A stretch of DNA of 64,000 bases from Phallusia mammillata (Eukaryota): assembly GCA_965637545.1 (NCBI GenBank), contig OZ281500.1, positions 8,122,001-8,186,000 on the forward strand. Reading direction: 5' to 3'. The stretch's first letter is position 1. Each line of letters opens with the position of its first letter. The notes below the pieces were generated by a model. The model worked only from the letters and a program-made list of their open reading frames with translations. It did not search any database and was not told the origin of the DNA. Below are positions 1 to 13,485 of this stretch, one piece after another. A program made the translations under genes and the position numbers.

Positions 1-14
1 CTTCTAGTACCCAC

Positions 15-125
15 CATAGCAATGTAGTTATATTGCTTGACAATTTTTCTAATTTTCTTGAATTCTGCCTCTATGTTAGTTGACCATACTTCTGTTATTG
101 GATCATCTGTTTGTTGAGCAGGCAT
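15..125 (-). CDS. CNOT7: CCR4-NOT deadenylase subunit CAF1/POP2 (CNOT7/8), first coding exon; gene continues left beyond the window
   Basis: Reverse strand reads MPAQQTDDPITEVWSTNIEAEFKKIRKIVKQYNYIAM then a GTGGGT donor. This matches the CNOT7/8 N-terminus (…EVW..NL..E.KKIR….YNYVAM-DTEFPG). A ttttag acceptor lies about 25 nt upstream of the ATG. Confidence 0.9.
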
Positions 126-2489
126 TATGTTTTGATAGAAAACACAAGCACAAAAATGCCTAAAAATGAATCTACAGTCGCAACAATCTGTAGTAAAACA
201 TAGATAACATGCACTTAAAAATAAAATTTTATAAGGATTTTCCATGACATAGAAAGTGGAAAACTATGACTAATTTTGGTCAAACTAAGGTTAATTTCAG
301 ACACTTTTTTCGAAATGACACAAACATGCACTGCAATGCAAATGTGCACCTGGCGATAATCCGATAAAAAGGTGCATTTAGCGAAGTTAAAGTGTACCAA
401 GACTTGGTCCAAGTAATGTTAAGGTCCACCAAGCGATTGAAAGTGATATTAATATGCACCATGCGATCCTGTATATTTGATATGCGCCGGTTTTCTATAT
501 AAGAAATCATGAAAAAGTCTGACTTCATAATTGCTTATTGTTGACAAAAATGGGTAATTTTACTACAAATCGCCACAACAATGGATTTAGCCACATATAG
601 ACTTCCTTACGTGCATGTTGTTTTACTATGAGGAAGGAAGGAATATTGAAACTGTTCGTTAACATCCGCAATTTAGGTTAAACACAAACCATTGTTTAAA
701 GAACCCAAATGACTATGTCGACAATAACTAAACAGCCTGTTTAACTCTGACACGTAAATTCAAATGTGCTGGGTGAACTACACGTATTACATTTTCACAG
801 GCGATGTGGAAATAACTCCAACTTTAACTGAGACTTGAACCTCAAAATGTTAATTTCCTGGCGCGCCGAAAATCAAAACTGCCGGAACAAAACATTACAG
901 GGCAAAACATTTACCTGATATTGTAAGGGACAATTACAAAACACAATGGACGGTATTTTTCTGGCTTACAAGTATTGGACAAATTTGTGCCCCAATTCGT
1001 TTTTAATAGAGTTTGCCCTTTTACCAACAAATTATAATTACTTTGAATAAGATTTGCTCCTAATATCGAAAAGTTGACTAGAGTAAAGTTCAAAGCGTTT
1101 AAGGAGAAATAAAATCGAGAAACAATTATGTATGGTACCTAACAATGAATCTGATAAATTTGGTTTTCCAAAGATGCAAGCCCTTTTTCCTCCAAATGCT
1201 TTGGTCACGCCTGACTGAGGTCTTCCGGTTGCGTGGTCTGTATGTTTTTTTTTTAAAGAAAATAACTACAAAACACCTGCGGGCTTGAAAGCCACAAGAA
1301 ACATACAGGGACGTCGATAATTTCATTGTGCCAAAATTGCTCACATATGAAGCCCAAAAGAATGAGGAAAAGTAATTATTTTATTTTCCTGTAATTACCA
1401 TAGTAATAGTGCTGTCAACATACTGGTTAATTGGTCAATTAATTATTGATAATCTAAACATAAAGAAGTTTTAATAACTACATTAGACCCGAGAAATAAG
1501 CCTGATATTCTGCAAATGTACATTGAATATTTATTCCATGAAAGCATCTTCCAATGCGTTTGATACGGATGATTGACTACAGCCTATATTTTACAAAACC
1601 AATTGATAAAACTGACTGGAACATTGGAATCTTGTGTTTTGAGCAACAGAAACGTATTGGTCATAAAGGCAGCTCGTATGTTCATTATTACATGCCTGCA
1701 GGCATATTCTTATTATTGTTAATTAAAACAGACAGGTAGCATACTATCTTAGCTTTTATATTTATCAGTTAAACTGTTTGTGTATGTGTGTTCTGTTGTG
1801 TATGTGATTTCTGCTTGGTTATTGAAGAGGATAATAAAGATTTAAACCATCTTTTTCATCCCCTAAAAAGTAGTTTACTTTAAAACGATTCTTTCAATAA
1901 AATTTTTGCCAGTTAAGGCTAAAAAGATAAATAACCCTTTTTCTTGAAAATCTCTTTTTATCTCATCTATATTCTACACAGATGCACACCAGCACCCTCA
2001 ATTGCCCATTTATTCTCTTCAATACTGAAGGTGGAATCTCTTGGTCGTGGGTTCGAGTTGAGCGATTGGTGGTGTTGAATACATTAGTGACGTCGCAATG
2101 AATTTAGTTTCACCACCTTGCATTTTTGTAAAACTTGACGCCTACTTTGGGGCGTGCGCGTTAGATGAAGGTACGGCAAAGTTCAAAGCGTGAAAAATCA
2201 TTTAAGTAAACGATTTTTGTCAAGTTAGCCTTCAAAATGGCAGAGAAAAAAAGATTTCAGTATCTCACCAGACATGAATCTCACCGCATGTTACTGATAG
2301 TAAGAGAAAAAAAAGGATATTTTAATTTGTATGTTTTTGTTTGTGGGAATGGTTAAAATGAGAGTTTGTGTGTAAGACAGTGCAAATCATTCATTGTTAA
2401 AATGACTGGCCCTTGGTCTGTACAAATCAAATTGTGTCATTATTATGTTTGTGTGCGACATTCAGAATAAATCTGACTAATACAGGTCG

Positions 2490-2578
2490 CTCATGTTGGC
2501 CTATGTGTGTAATGTGGCTCTTTGTGTTGACACAATAACAAATGTGGCTCTTAGGCATTGGCCGGTTGGCCACCCCTG
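2490..2578. mobile_element. Right-end remnant of a hAT MITE
   Basis: Ends in GTTGGCCACCCCTG (reverse complement CAGGGGTGGCCAAC, a typical hAT terminus) with a repeated AATGTGGCTCTT subterminal motif; no left end found. Confidence 0.5.
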
Positions 2579-2883
2579 ATGTAGATTTTCAAACTTTTAC
2601 TTTATGCTGTAATTTATTGGCAAGTTTGAATGGAATTTAGGATTTTTATCATCATAGCCCAGACTTTAATGACAGTAACTGTTATGCAAATCTGCAGTGA
2701 TCAAAATAATCCATGAATCTTTAAAGTAGGATGCCCGACTGTCTTGCTTATCAAAAGTTTTTTTCCAAAAGAAAGGCAGTAAACCCGTTTAAGAGTGTAT
2801 TAATCATTTGTCTGACTATATAATCTAGTAAAATTTAAATTTAAACAGATTACCTTTAAAAAATACACACCTAAGATTAGGAA

Positions 2884-4107
2884 ATGGCTGCTGGTTCAAC
2901 GAAGGCTCTTTCTGCTGTTTTGGATGAACAGGAGGAAGATTCGTCACAGCTGCAATTTCCAAAAGAATTTGAAAATGCTGAGACTCTTCTAAATTCAGAA
3001 GTTCACATGCTTCTAGAACACAGAAAAACACAGAATGAAAGTGCAGAAGATGACCAGGAGTTATCCGAAGTATGTAACCATAACAATTCCAAAAGTTTTA
3101 AGTTAGCTTTGATGGCCATTAAAACTTATTGGTGTCTGCAGGGTTTTTTTAAGGTTTGGTTTGGGTGACTGCTAAGTAGTTTTAAGAGACCGCAAGTGTT
3201 ACATTTAAATACCAAAAAATAGCCATTTCCAAATTTTGGGAAACCGCTGGAGAAATTTGAAAAACACCTTAAAAAAAACACTGGGTGTCTGTATATATAG
3301 AAACATTCTAAGATGCACTCACAAGCAGATTTGGGTGCATTGATGGGTTAGAAAAAGTCACTTGGTTTTTAAGTACAGTACAAAATGAGATAAATAGTTC
3401 CATCTTGTACCATTTTTAACTGTGTTTGTTTTGCCGCAAAATGTGGCTGAATCATTGTGACAATTTTGTTGTAGTACACCAGTGGTTCTCAACTGGTGGT
3501 CCATGGACCACCACTCTATGCCTTTTTGGGTGGTCACAGACTGTTAATTATATTTGGTAATAAACTGGAAATAATTGCATGTAATTTATTGAATATTCAA
3601 GACAAAAAAGATCATCCAGGTTATCTGTTATATATATTGTTAGCTGCCACTTGTTTGATAACACTTCTTGAAATTTTGTAGTGGACTGGTCTTCGACATT
3701 CATTTAATTGAAATGGGGATCTATGGCCTGAAAGAGTTCAGAACCACTGTACTACACCATGTCGTTTTTAGTAGTTTTAGTGAGCACTATGATTCGAGCT
3801 CTTCGGTTTTTATTGTACTTCACCGCCCAAATTATGGTATTCCATTTGCATTCAGGTGTTCATGAAAACACTCAACTACACGCAGAGATTTAGCCGTTTC
3901 AAAAATCGGGAAACGATTGCGAGTGTTCGTACCTTGTTGATTCAAAAACGACTTCACAAATTTGAACTTGCGTCGCTTGCGAACCTTTGTCCGGAGTCAG
4001 CTGAAGAGGCAAAGGCGCTTGTTCCGAGTTTGGAGGGAAGATTTGAAGACGATGAGCTACAGCAGGTACTTGATGACATCCAGACAAAAAGGAGTTTCCA
4101 GTGCTGA
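2884..4107 (+). CDS. POLR2D: RNA polymerase II subunit RPB4, 2 exons (2884-3069, 3856-4107), 145 aa
   Basis: Spliced product MAAGS…[32 protein letters not shown]…[29 protein letters not shown]…[51 protein letters not shown]. Phase-0 GT-AG intron; AATAAA near 4200 and 4294. Confidence 0.97.
3139..3283. mobile_element. 145-bp hAT-type MITE (family 1), copy 1, in the POLR2D intron
   Basis: TIRs CAGGGTTTTTTTAAGGT / ACCTTAAAAAAAACACTG; perfect 8-bp TSD GGTGTCTG; near-identical copy at 20780-20923. Confidence 0.92.
3480..3749. mobile_element. 270-bp hAT (Charlie/Buster-like) MITE in the POLR2D intron
   Basis: TIRs CAGTGGTTCT / AGAACCACTG; TSD TAGTACAC / TACTACAC (1 mismatch). Confidence 0.85.
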
Positions 4108-7100
4108 CAATCGCTTACTTGTTGACTGGTTTTACTCTAAACCACATAAGTTGCTGTAAATGACCATGCGCTGTGAGCCAAGGGCGCACGTTACTAAACA
4201 ATAAAAAATCAGCGCCCACAACAAGAGGTTCAGAAACTGTCCATAGCAAAAAAGCGCATGGACAGGCTGGTTGTTTTTATTTGTGTCGTCGACAATAAAA
4301 AAAATCGATATTTACTGAAAGCTTTGGTGGTTTGGTAACAGCGCAGTCGCTTCGTTTCTGACTTCCGCCTTGGCGTAGCGTAATATACCAACCGCAAACT
4401 TCCAATGAAATATGTTGATGAGTTGATGGCCGTCGAGCGATGCGTTACATGTGTTCATGTATGCTGAAACGCGGCAGACGTCCGGTCGAAGCCACAGTCA
4501 ATTGTACTGAATCTACCAGCCTAGTTGACTTGTTATGATTTAAAACAGTTCATTGTCAGTCAGGCATTTGGATTTAATTGAAGTTTATCGTAGTGTGAAG
4601 TTCGCGGTGCTGGGTATGTATAATTGAACTAGAACTTTCGCAGCAGTTGATCCAATAATAAAGCGAAGTTGTTTTAAAGCGTGGTCAACGACAGAGTGAG
4701 CCTGCCTTATGCTTGCGGCCATCACACTTCCTTTACAGTGTTGTGTTGAAATTCAGTGTCGCCATTTTAAATAAATCTGCCTTTTTCAGTCAGAACACAG
4801 GCTGCTATAATGCTTTAACAATTACGAAAGAACTAAATTCGCTTTTTAAACTAAACTTGGAAATAAAAATGCAAGAAGTACCAAAGAAGGGAGAGCTGAA
4901 CTGGATTTAACGAGGCATCAGGAAGTTACCAAAGCCAACTAGTAAGTAAATTATGTCATTTGACTTGTCTTTTAATCTATCATGAGTTGTTCATTGGTTG
5001 TCAAACAATCCTTCAAACACAACAAAGCAGTCGCGGTCTGATATTTAAGTAAACAAACCACAAAAACTTTATCGTACTGGTAGGTTGCAAATAAAAGAAA
5101 ACAATAGGTAAACACTGTTGACTTAAACGTGACTTACGTTTATATTTTTTTTAAATGGTTTGAATGACTGGTAACCCTTCAACAAAATTGATACCTTAGT
5201 ATTGATTCTCAGCAACTGTTTTAGATTTTGGTATGTTTGGTATTAACCAATGAATAACACAACATTTCAAAGTGGTTTACACACGTTTATTGGGTACTAA
5301 ACGCTTTTATAAACAATCCACAATACCAAATGGTAGTTGCTAAGTAAAAACGTTGTTTTTGTTCTAGTGATGCAAACATAAAGGTTGCTTGTTGAGCCCT
5401 TGGAGAGTGTTTCCTACCTTTGATGTGGGATTTTTAATATATTTGAAACACAGTAATGATTCATTGGCACAGGGGGAAACGCTAACGGCCAATTTCGAAG
5501 AAAAATCAAGCAGCAGCTGCTGACATATAGGCTACTAGCAGTTGTACGAACCCTGACGTTCTACTACTGAGAGCTGGTGTCAAGCGCTGTTTTTAGTACT
5601 ATGAAAAACGTGCAGTTTGTAGAATTGCCCATGAAGTTGGATCCAGAGTATGCAAGTCGTCTATTACATGCGCTGTAAATCCAACTACTTGGACAATTCC
5701 ATTCAAATAGGCAATACCAAGAGACATCTGTACAATATTTTAGGTATGTTTGTTTCAAAAGTGACAAAAAATAATGTGTAATTCGGAACTGATTAAGTCA
5801 GAAATAATTATAACTTTTCCAGACCAGCAACGGATTTTGTTCACAATGGATAAACTGTTTGAATGTCATTGGGCGTTTCAAAAAATCATAACTTAGCACT
5901 CATAAATAGGCTAAAAATGTACATGTAGGCTGGATAAACGTTTGTTCAACTCAAGTGACATGACCACGATGTAGCTTTTCTTTTTAATATGTTTGCCACT
6001 TGTTTAACCTGTGACTCAAAGGCACAGTAAATCGGCTTTTGTTTGTTGACCAAAGGACGATATCTCAATAATATTCAACTACATTATTTTTATTAACGAA
6101 AAAAATGGCTATTAAATTAACAAAGGCCTCGTCTGCCTCAACCATCAACCAATTCCAATCTAATTCTTCCATACATAACCATTAACAGATATGTTAAATA
6201 AGTTATTTTTTCGTTAATGCACTTTTTCGGTAGGCCGTTCTGTTTTTGACATAATGTTTACTTTTTTGGAAAAGCGTAACTTGGTTTTGTGACGAGCGAG
6301 TTTTCTAATTTTGAAGAACCCGCGGTATTTTAATGGTACCAAAACGTCCTGCGAGCATACAGCACCGACGCTATTTTTGTTGTAAAATTGTCTCAAGCTT
6401 ATTTTGTTATGTCGGTTGTAGGAAATGTTTGAAAATAATGATGTATCAATCTTGGTACTTCGGCATTTAACCCTATTTTTGAAAAAAATATGATTTAATT
6501 CACAGTGATTACTAACATAGAAATGAATTTGGCGCACACTATTCTTTTAACGTTTGCGCCACTTTATAAAGTTACACAGTTTACAACAATGTTCCTACAG
6601 GGTTGCATTTGTTAGTACATTTTATTTTTATTAATATTTCTTTTAGCAATAGATAACTGGAAAATAAATACCATATCGTCTTCGGGGACTTGTGAAGTAT
6701 TTTAACAGGCTCTTAGGAACATTTCTAATAGTGGTTTATATTCTTAATATAGTTTAAGCAATGGTAGTCGCAAATTGGGTTAGATTGTAGCAAGAAAATG
6801 TGTACAAATATCTTGTCATGATTTAACTAATTTTGTAATCTTTCCATAACGTTGAAAAGGCTAAAAACGTTTGGTTTTGTTCCTAAAATTGGCTAATTCG
6901 ATTTAAATACACATACAATTTTGACTTAAAGTCGAGCTGCCAGGCATAGAACTCGTAAATGTTTTAGGTAAACCAGTTTGTTTCGAGATATCGGTTAAAA
7001 CTGAAATATACTTCAACTAAAAATTTTACAACAGATTAACGGCACTTTTGCTTTTAATTGTAATTAAACCGTTAAAGCCAAAACAAAGCTCTAGTTTGTA

Positions 7101-9293
7101 GGCTACTAACCCAAACAATGCCCAACATTAAAAAAAGTTTAGGTGTTAAACTGTAATTTATTCATATCGTTTACGTAATTTTCACAAAACTCCGCCATTT
7201 TGTTTCATGCTGAACAGAGCAGATGCTTCAAAGAACTTAACCGCATTTTTAGACGTAATTTGCAATGTTGTCTTATTGCGAAGTTATATTTGACATATAT
7301 ATTTGTTTCAGTAAAATTTGTATTTTTCTGCGTTTATATTTGTCTTAGTAATCAGCTAAACTGGTTTGTTTCTTGGCGTATGCACTATACACGACTGTTA
7401 CACATTTGGCGTATTTTTTGCTAACGTATACATTTCTCTAATATGAAACAGTAACTCACTTTTCATTTACGCTATTTAAATAATATTTGTTTAGACAATG
7501 TAAGCCACCCGCTGTCGGTAATGAAACCACTTACCTAGAAATGCGAATCAACTTTCGAAAAGACGCTCTTAGGAAGAAGGCTTTGTTGAAGTTTAAGATG
7601 TCAATGCAACCATTGTTCTAACTCGCATCAACCTTTTCGATATTTTTACTAAACGTTAGCCTAATTTGCTCGCAATAACGACTTTGGAGCTCTGGCCGCC
7701 CGTCGAAACTCCAATGGCCATATAAGCAACATGATTGGATAAAAAAAATGGCGCACTATCCCACGTGACGTTTTTTGGCGGCAAAACGTTTTTTCGCAAC
7801 CGAGGAAATATAGCGTCTTTGCCTTAGCAAGGAAGCGAGTGTTGTTTAAGAGCAGTTCGCTTATGCTAAATTACAACTAACATGATATACGGTACTGCTT
7901 AACTATTGCATAGTTGTGCCAGGTGATAAGAAACGTGTTGCTCAATTATTATGTAAATGGTGCTCTAGGAAACATGGCATAATATAAACATGCTTCAATA
8001 GTAGTGTTGAGTGTATTGGCTTAAAACCTTACAAACATTTGTTATTAGCTCGGGATGGATAATAAAGAATAGCAAATCCAACAGGATTCAGATCCCAAGT
8101 TATTCGAATCCTCGGTTTATAGGGCGTTCACGAACACATCCATGCGTTTTCAAAGTGACAAAAAATTTTCAAACTTTTCTACGATGGTGCAATTGGGAAC
8201 GCACGCGCCCAAATATTTTCAAATGACTGCGTGCGTTTTGCGTGATGCACACACACATGGGATGTTGGGTAGCATTTTTGTCTATTTGTGAGGTACAATC
8301 ATTACCAGTAGTAGTTCTCGACACCAAAACAAATGGCATTAAAATCCTATGTTATTGCAGTATTTTTAGAAAGATGCTTTTCAGGTACTGGATTTAATGC
8401 CATTGACTTGTCGATTATGAGGCAAACTTGTGGAAAGTACGAACATATTTCACTATAATAAACTTGTTTTAATGTTGTATAAATTCTTTGGTGGTAATTA
8501 GTTCACATGGCAGAAATGGAAAAATGAAAATAGGATTTTGGATTCGATTTAATTATTCTAGATGAGTAAACTATATTACATTGCCCACCACTAGAATTAC
8601 AAGCCTTTAGGAATTCCTATTTTCACGGCATTGTCATACATAATTGTGTCATACAATACCTCAAAATATTGTATTTATTTCAATTTACTCCAATCACGAG
8701 CGTTGTAAAAAATGAATGAATCTATTAGGCGGAAGCGACCATTTTAAACGCAAAATTTCCCAACGCTCTCAATTTGTCAAAAGTCTTAAAACAGTTAGAT
8801 AACTTTCAAATTCTGTCTTTCAGCAACTTGTGAATAAATTTTGCACAACGTATTTCTTTTTACATCCATCATGCACATGTTAAATTTTAACCATTTTTAA
8901 TCACGACAGGAAAACAATGTTTAAGTGTGTTTAGGTTTTTTGTGCGTTAATTGGGGACTGCTTAAAACATTTTTTTAACAAACCACCGGACGTTTAATCT
9001 CCTTGGTTGAGGTATATTAATACTTCCAACTGCACATTAACGTACAAACCATGAACAATTTGCTGTCAAACAAATACGTATTACACGCGTTTAAATGTGA
9101 CTGCCTGCCTACGTTGTTTTACTAAGAATAACCGACGTGCCCACGACCTGGCTTCCTCTGTGTGACGTGAAATCACATTTCGCCTATCTGTGCGATGCAT
9201 TTGGAAGCATTAGCTATGAATGCTTGCCTGTAGGATTCTAAGGGTTCTAAATCAGTAAACTAGACCACCAACAGCTACTGTCGAGTCCGCAGA

Positions 9294-12200
9294 ATGAACG
9301 CTACTGAATGCGAACCGGCCTATAGAATTGTCAGTGGAGTGGCAACCATTTTGCCTGTTCTTCAGGTGACAAAATTTGCTGCTTTTCAGCGTCTCACTTT
9401 AGGCGTCAGTGTACTCACAAGTTGCGTTTCTGCTTGGCTGACATTTTATTGTTCGCTAATAATGGTGTTTGTTCAGATTTTCTCCAATGCTGTACCGCTG
9501 GTGGCCGTCATTTGCTGTCGACGGAGGCTGAGTCGACTGAACAGCGTTTACATTCACGTGAAAAACACTTTGGTTGCAAATATTGTTTTAGGTCTTTCCG
9601 TGGCTTACACAACACTCAACTTCGCTTTAGTTTTCGAACGACCTGTCAATGGCGACTACACGAACCGGTAAGCAAATATATTAACATTAACCACAGAAAT
9701 AAATAATCCAGTCATTTAGGTGTTTTATGCCTACTTGAATAAAAGCATCATCTAGTAATAAAACTGGGCATCCGCAGCGTTGTATTGAAAAGCAGGTAGG
9801 GGTGATGTCCTTATAATACCTTTTCTGTTGATGTTTGGCCGTTTGCAAAAGTGAATTAAAGCGCTATTGTGCTTGCTAACCTGCATTATCATTTCAGTAC
9901 AGAAGCTAAATGGTTTGGTTTTAGTATATTTTTAATCCTCATTTGCATAAAAATGCGTCGGTTTAATAAAAACAATTAACCTGTAATTATGTACATTTAT
10001 TTGACTAGTTTATGTATTATATTTACTAGTAGTTTATTTATACAAACTATAATTTTATTTAAAGACTGCGAGTAGACAAAAAATATAGACCCAGTTGCCA
10101 TTTTGATTTTAAGTTTTTCATTTTATGCTCTTGTTTGCAATATGCCTACAAGTGTAAAGATTTGAGCAACTGTAACAAATCAAAACACAATCAAAACATG
10201 CCAGCAGCTTTCTTCAACATTTGTTCCATACAGAGAATTGTGTTTCAATTCGCTCTTTGAGAACATTAGACTTTCTTACTGTGGTCGTTGGTAAATTTGT
10301 TTTTCATTGAATGTGGAAACCAACGTTTAATAAAAGTGTTCTCCTACTTGTTATAAAAAAATTAAAATAAATCAATTTTAACGTTTATATTTTTTTATTC
10401 GGTTTTGATGATTACTAGATATACTGCATGCTGATTAAAACTGACAAAACATTCGCTTGTTTCAGTTATGACAAAAATGATCCCGTTCATCGCTCAATTA
10501 TGACATGGTGGACTTTTCAAAAATCCTTTACGCTGTGTATGCTTTTCGTGATGTTGAACAGCGTTGGTGGTCTCATCTTCAGTTTGAAACAGCGCACCTT
10601 TCTCACCTCATTTTCACACACGTCTTATTTGGAAAGCACGCGATCGCTTTCCTTTCGCAATATTTTCGGAAGTCTCGCCAATATTCGCAATACAGATGTT
10701 CAACAACAGACATGGGTGAGATCACTGGCTTTTTTAGTAACGTTAGGTTATTTTCGCATTATTGCTATCCGTATTCTTATTAGTTACAATGCAGAGCGTG
10801 AAGAATAATTGCCATTGTTATTCTGTTTCTTTTCGTTTTTTTTTTAAATTTGACTTGTTTAAAACAAAATGGTGTGTTGGTTTATGATTTTGAAATAACT
10901 ACCTGACTTCGATTGACAATTAAGTCAACTATAAACGTTATACGGAATGACATGTCAATGGTTTAAATATAAATTATAGGCAACGTGAAAAAACAACGTT
11001 GTTACATCCCGACGAAAAACTCCCAAACTTCCCTTAATCGTGTTTTAAAAACAGAAGTTAGTGTAAAAATAGCCAAATTCTCTTTGTATGTGCACTGAGA
11101 CTAATTGGTTACTTTTGCTTGCCTTTTTGACTCAGTTCCGTCGGTCCCAAGCTTACATCATTGTAACGCTCAGTTGGCTGATTCCCATTGGGTGTTCACT
11201 TCTGGCAACATTTTTTTGGAACTGTCGTGACACTTGTAGGTGTTTGCCCGCTACGTACCATGAAAACTGCTACGTGGACAGTTCAGGTATACGTTTGTGT
11301 TCGTATGACAAATATCAAATCGTTCAATAACACTTACTAACCAAAAATGTGAACAAAACGAAATGTGGTTTTTATTACATGTTTTTTATTTTGTATAACC
11401 AAATTGTAACTGGTGGGACCCGAGAAATTTGTTGTCTACAAATAAAGTTTTCTTGCGTTTGATTATATTTAAATTGAAATCAAATTGTAGACCCAGACAG
11501 TGAATGGTGCTCCCAGGAGTGGTTTCCGATATCCGGACATTTCGTCGTGCTGTTCTTGGCAATCTGGATCATACAAGTATTTTCCTTGATCATCATGCTT
11601 TATCGCAGCATCAAGCACTACAAGTGGTATGTGCTAAAATTGCCACCGCGTTTGGCATTAAAACGAACGAGTTTACTTCCAGGAATGTGCAATTCTCCAA
11701 ACACCACATCGCAATGGCAAGCGTCGCTACAATTCCCATTCGACAATTGGTACCACGTGACATGACGTTGCATCACGCCGCAATTCGATCTGGAAGAAAT
11801 TTGTCCTTCAGATCTACAGGTAGATACTGAGGCATTTTGGGGTTGATTTGGTCGCTGTGTGTAACTACCATCATTCACCGAATGTACACTGTATGTAGTA
11901 ATGTGGATTATGAGATTGAACATTTCTAAAAACTGAATTTGGGGTTTCTTTTAGTTAATTTGGATATATCTTGGTCAATTCTTACGCCTGTTTTTACATG
12001 GCAGAGTTTTGTAAACAGTAACTTATTTGACATATTAGGATCAGACTTTGCAAACGATGATTCAACGTTGGAAACATTTCCATACATTGTACGACCACGT
12101 CTGTCCACAATTCCTGAAGAACCATTGAGTGCTGTTGATTTGCCTGCTCGGGTTCTGTCAGAGCCAGGCTCAATGCAGCTGGCTGTAACCGTTTCTACAA

Positions 12201-12868
12201 CTAGCAATGCTGTAGGTGGATTTTGCTTGTAAATAACTCACACTTTTGTCACATCAGTAGTTACAATAAATCCTGGTTAAGACATGTTATCATACCAAGT
12301 TGTCATTATCTGAGCGGGACCCAATAATTAAAACGTCCTCAAACCACATTTCCATGTCTTTATCTGCTCAGCTTGCTTTTATCGGCCGCTCACACTTTTG
12401 AGGCTGGTAAAAACATGAGCTAAGCAATTAACTATCCTGGAGATATGGTTTGGGAAAGTTTTATCTACATTTAGACATTTTTTAAGAGTATTTTTGCACA
12501 TTTGCGATTTTGCACCAAAAAGTTTACTACGGTTATTCATAAAGGACTTCGTATTTAGGTTGAGTACGCTTAACAGATTTTTTGACATTTTGCAGCCGGA
12601 AACGCGCCTGTCGTCGCTGAGTCCATCCTTAAAACTGGTTATCATTCTCTCAGCGACTGTTATTTCATCTACACTTCCATGCGCCATGATTATGTTATGT
12701 GACTTACTAATGCCTCACAATCAATCTTTGAACCCAATTATATTCTACTTGGCCGAAGCAGCACTATTTGTACATGTTCTTAGTTGTCCACTGTTTTTGA
12801 TTAAATACCTATCTGATCTTAAGCAGGCTACAAATCGATTACTTTTGCGTTGCACAGCAAAATGTTAA
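9294..12868 (+). CDS. Orphan class-A GPCR, S1P/LPA/cannabinoid-receptor-like (paralog A), 8 exons, about 460 aa, long ICL3
   Basis: Exons 9294-9365, 9477-9667, 10466-10715, 11136-11286, 11491-11626, 11683-11819, 12039-12211, 12596-12868 join in frame. Seven hydrophobic segments, WNC motif after TM4, and the first four intron positions and phases are shared with paralogs B-E. Confidence 0.85.
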
Positions 12869-13485
12869 TTGCAAATCAAAAGAATTGCAACAAGTTTTCA
12901 TGTCAAATTGTGTTGAAAATTGATACGTTTTGTTAGCTTATGTTAAGGCGTTTTTCCTACTTGTCTGGTGTAAGTAAAACAACTTTTTGACAAATCTTTT
13001 GATTGTCAGTGAAAAGAGAAGTCGGTCGTGTATTGATTGTACAATGAGTCTTTTGTGGGCGTGTGTCTCTGGCTTGTACAACAGGACACAGAGAATAGAC
13101 ATTCATTCGACATTGTTGTCACAACAATGCTATGTTGAGTTACGAACAAAACCGGCACGTTTTGTCCAATTACACTCCCTATAAATTACAGTTAAAAAAT
13201 CAATAAGTTGTACACCGTCACGGTCAAGCAAATACAATTTCAGCAGTCGCGATGGTATGTTTACATAGTGGTATGAACGTTGAATAAAAGTTGAGTGGAG
13301 AGGATTTTATTCGTGACAATACAGCCGTTCTGACTTCATAATCGGGATTGTTGTGCTTTGTTTCGTCGGGTGTTGGTTCAGAGGGAGAAGGTTGTGAGCA
13401 CTGCGCCCGAATCGACCTCTCACAGGCTTAACAAAGCCTGGCAGTAGCAAGAACATCACCTGGTTTTAGTCGTGTTTTCTTGGAT

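Noticed and set aside
2040-2062. GGTCGTGGGTTCGAG B-box-like motif
   Set aside because: No A box or cloverleaf around it.
200-2100. Possible extra minus-strand gene (operon-like) upstream of CNOT7
   Set aside because: Several exon-like blocks exist, but no phase-consistent chain or recognisable protein could be built.
5400-6540. ORF containing FEWNC suggesting a sixth GPCR paralog
   Set aside because: No C-x-C spacing, TM segments or other family exons nearby; judged a chance match.
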